Positions 63,078 through 64,000 of a stretch of DNA of 64,000 nt are shown here, one piece after another (the first letter of the stretch is position 1; each line of letters starts with the position of its first letter). The translations under genes were made by a program, and so were the position numbers. The notes under the pieces were generated by a model. It made no database searches, had not been told where the DNA came from, and was given only the letters and a program-made list of their open reading frames with translations. The DNA comes from Marsupella aquatica (lineage: Eukaryota > Plantae > Marchantiophyta). Location: positions 29,146,932 to 29,210,931 of the forward strand of contig OZ316892.1 of assembly GCA_973895155.1 (NCBI GenBank). The letters run 5' to 3'.

Positions 63078-63797
63078 TACCCCAATTGTAATTTGAAAAC
63101 TAATAAGGCTACAAGTAAAGACATTATGGTGCACACATCCGCAAGGGTCGGTGTACTGTTTGACCCCAATTGTAATTCTAAGATTAATAAGGTTACAAGT
63201 TAAGGCATTCTGGTGCACAAATCCGCAAGGGTCGGTGTACTGTTTGACCCCAATATATTGTAACTTTGAAATTGATAAGGTTACAAGTTAAGGCATTCTG
63301 GTGCACACATCCGCAAGGGTCGGTGTACTGTTTGACCCCAATTGTAATTCTAAGATTAATAAGGTTACAAGTTAAGGCAATCTGGTGCACACATTTGCAA
63401 GGGTCGGTGTGCTGTTTGACCCCAATTGTAACTTTGAAATTGATAAGCTTACAAGTTAAGGCATTCTGGTGCACACATCCGCAAGGGTTGGAGTATTGTT
63501 TGACCCCAATTGTAATTCTAAGATTAATAAGGTTACAAGTTAAGGCATTCTAGTGCACAAATCCGCAAGGGTCAGTGTACTGTTTGACCCCAATTGTAAC
63601 TTTGAAATTGATAAGGTTACAAGTTAAGGCATTTTGGTGCACACATCCTCAAGGGTCGGTGTACTATTTGCCCCCAATTGTAACTTTGAAATTGATAAGG
63701 TTAAAAGTTAAGGCATATTGGTGCACACATCCGCAAGGGTCGGTGTACTGTTTGACCCCAATTGTAACTTTAAAATTCATAAGGTTGCAAATTAAAG
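63078..63797. repeat. Tandem array, 84-bp monomer, about 8.5 copies, with alternating A/B variants (168-bp dimer)
   Basis: The anchor ccccaat recurs about every 84 nt (63164, 63248, 63336, 63420, 63504, 63588, 63672, 63756). Units alternate attctaagattaat and actttgaaattgat in the middle of the array. Confidence 0.95.
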
Positions 63798-64000
63798 TTC
63801 TTTCAGATAGATTTTAGTTTCTTGACATTGATTTAGTTAGCTTAGTCAAAGTAGGCGTAAAGTAACTAAGATGGGTTTAAGACAAATTTGGAAAATCAAT
63901 TCATTTTTAACTCACAAATTGGAGAGCTCAAAGTGTAGCTTTCCCTATAGATTCCCCTAGCTTTCCTCTATCTTGTAGAGAATTTTCAGCCCATTTGGTT

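Overview
Eukaryotic nuclear DNA from a land plant. A non-seed plant such as a liverwort or other bryophyte is my inference from gene and transposon style, not something I can prove. I can support three intact protein-coding genes: an intronless chloroplast-type DUF4079 membrane protein (4964-5929, +); a 13-exon NO VEIN (NOV) orthologue (10862-23789, +, about 2895 aa by my splice model) with a sacsin-like GHKL ATPase and a C-terminal DUF3883 nuclease-like domain; and a 5-exon pectin methylesterase without a PMEI pro-domain (46374-44257, -). The rest is largely transposon debris. It includes the 5' end of an LTR retroelement (PBS-Met) nested in a LINE, a solo LTR of the same family with a 5-bp TSD, a tRNA-derived SINE with a 14-bp TSD plus a second copy, three or four 3' ends of a CRE-like non-LTR element, two decayed L1-like LINEs, a short CACTA element, a foldback element and a hAT transposase relic. 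There are also five tandem arrays (units about 80-151 bp), two with dimeric higher-order structure. I found no CRISPR array, rRNA or true tRNA gene, and no unambiguous new multi-gene system. The best leads are the NOV ATPase-nuclease with its upstream array and uORF, the SINE family and the CRE-like elements. All calls come from manual reading and translation; no database searches were run.
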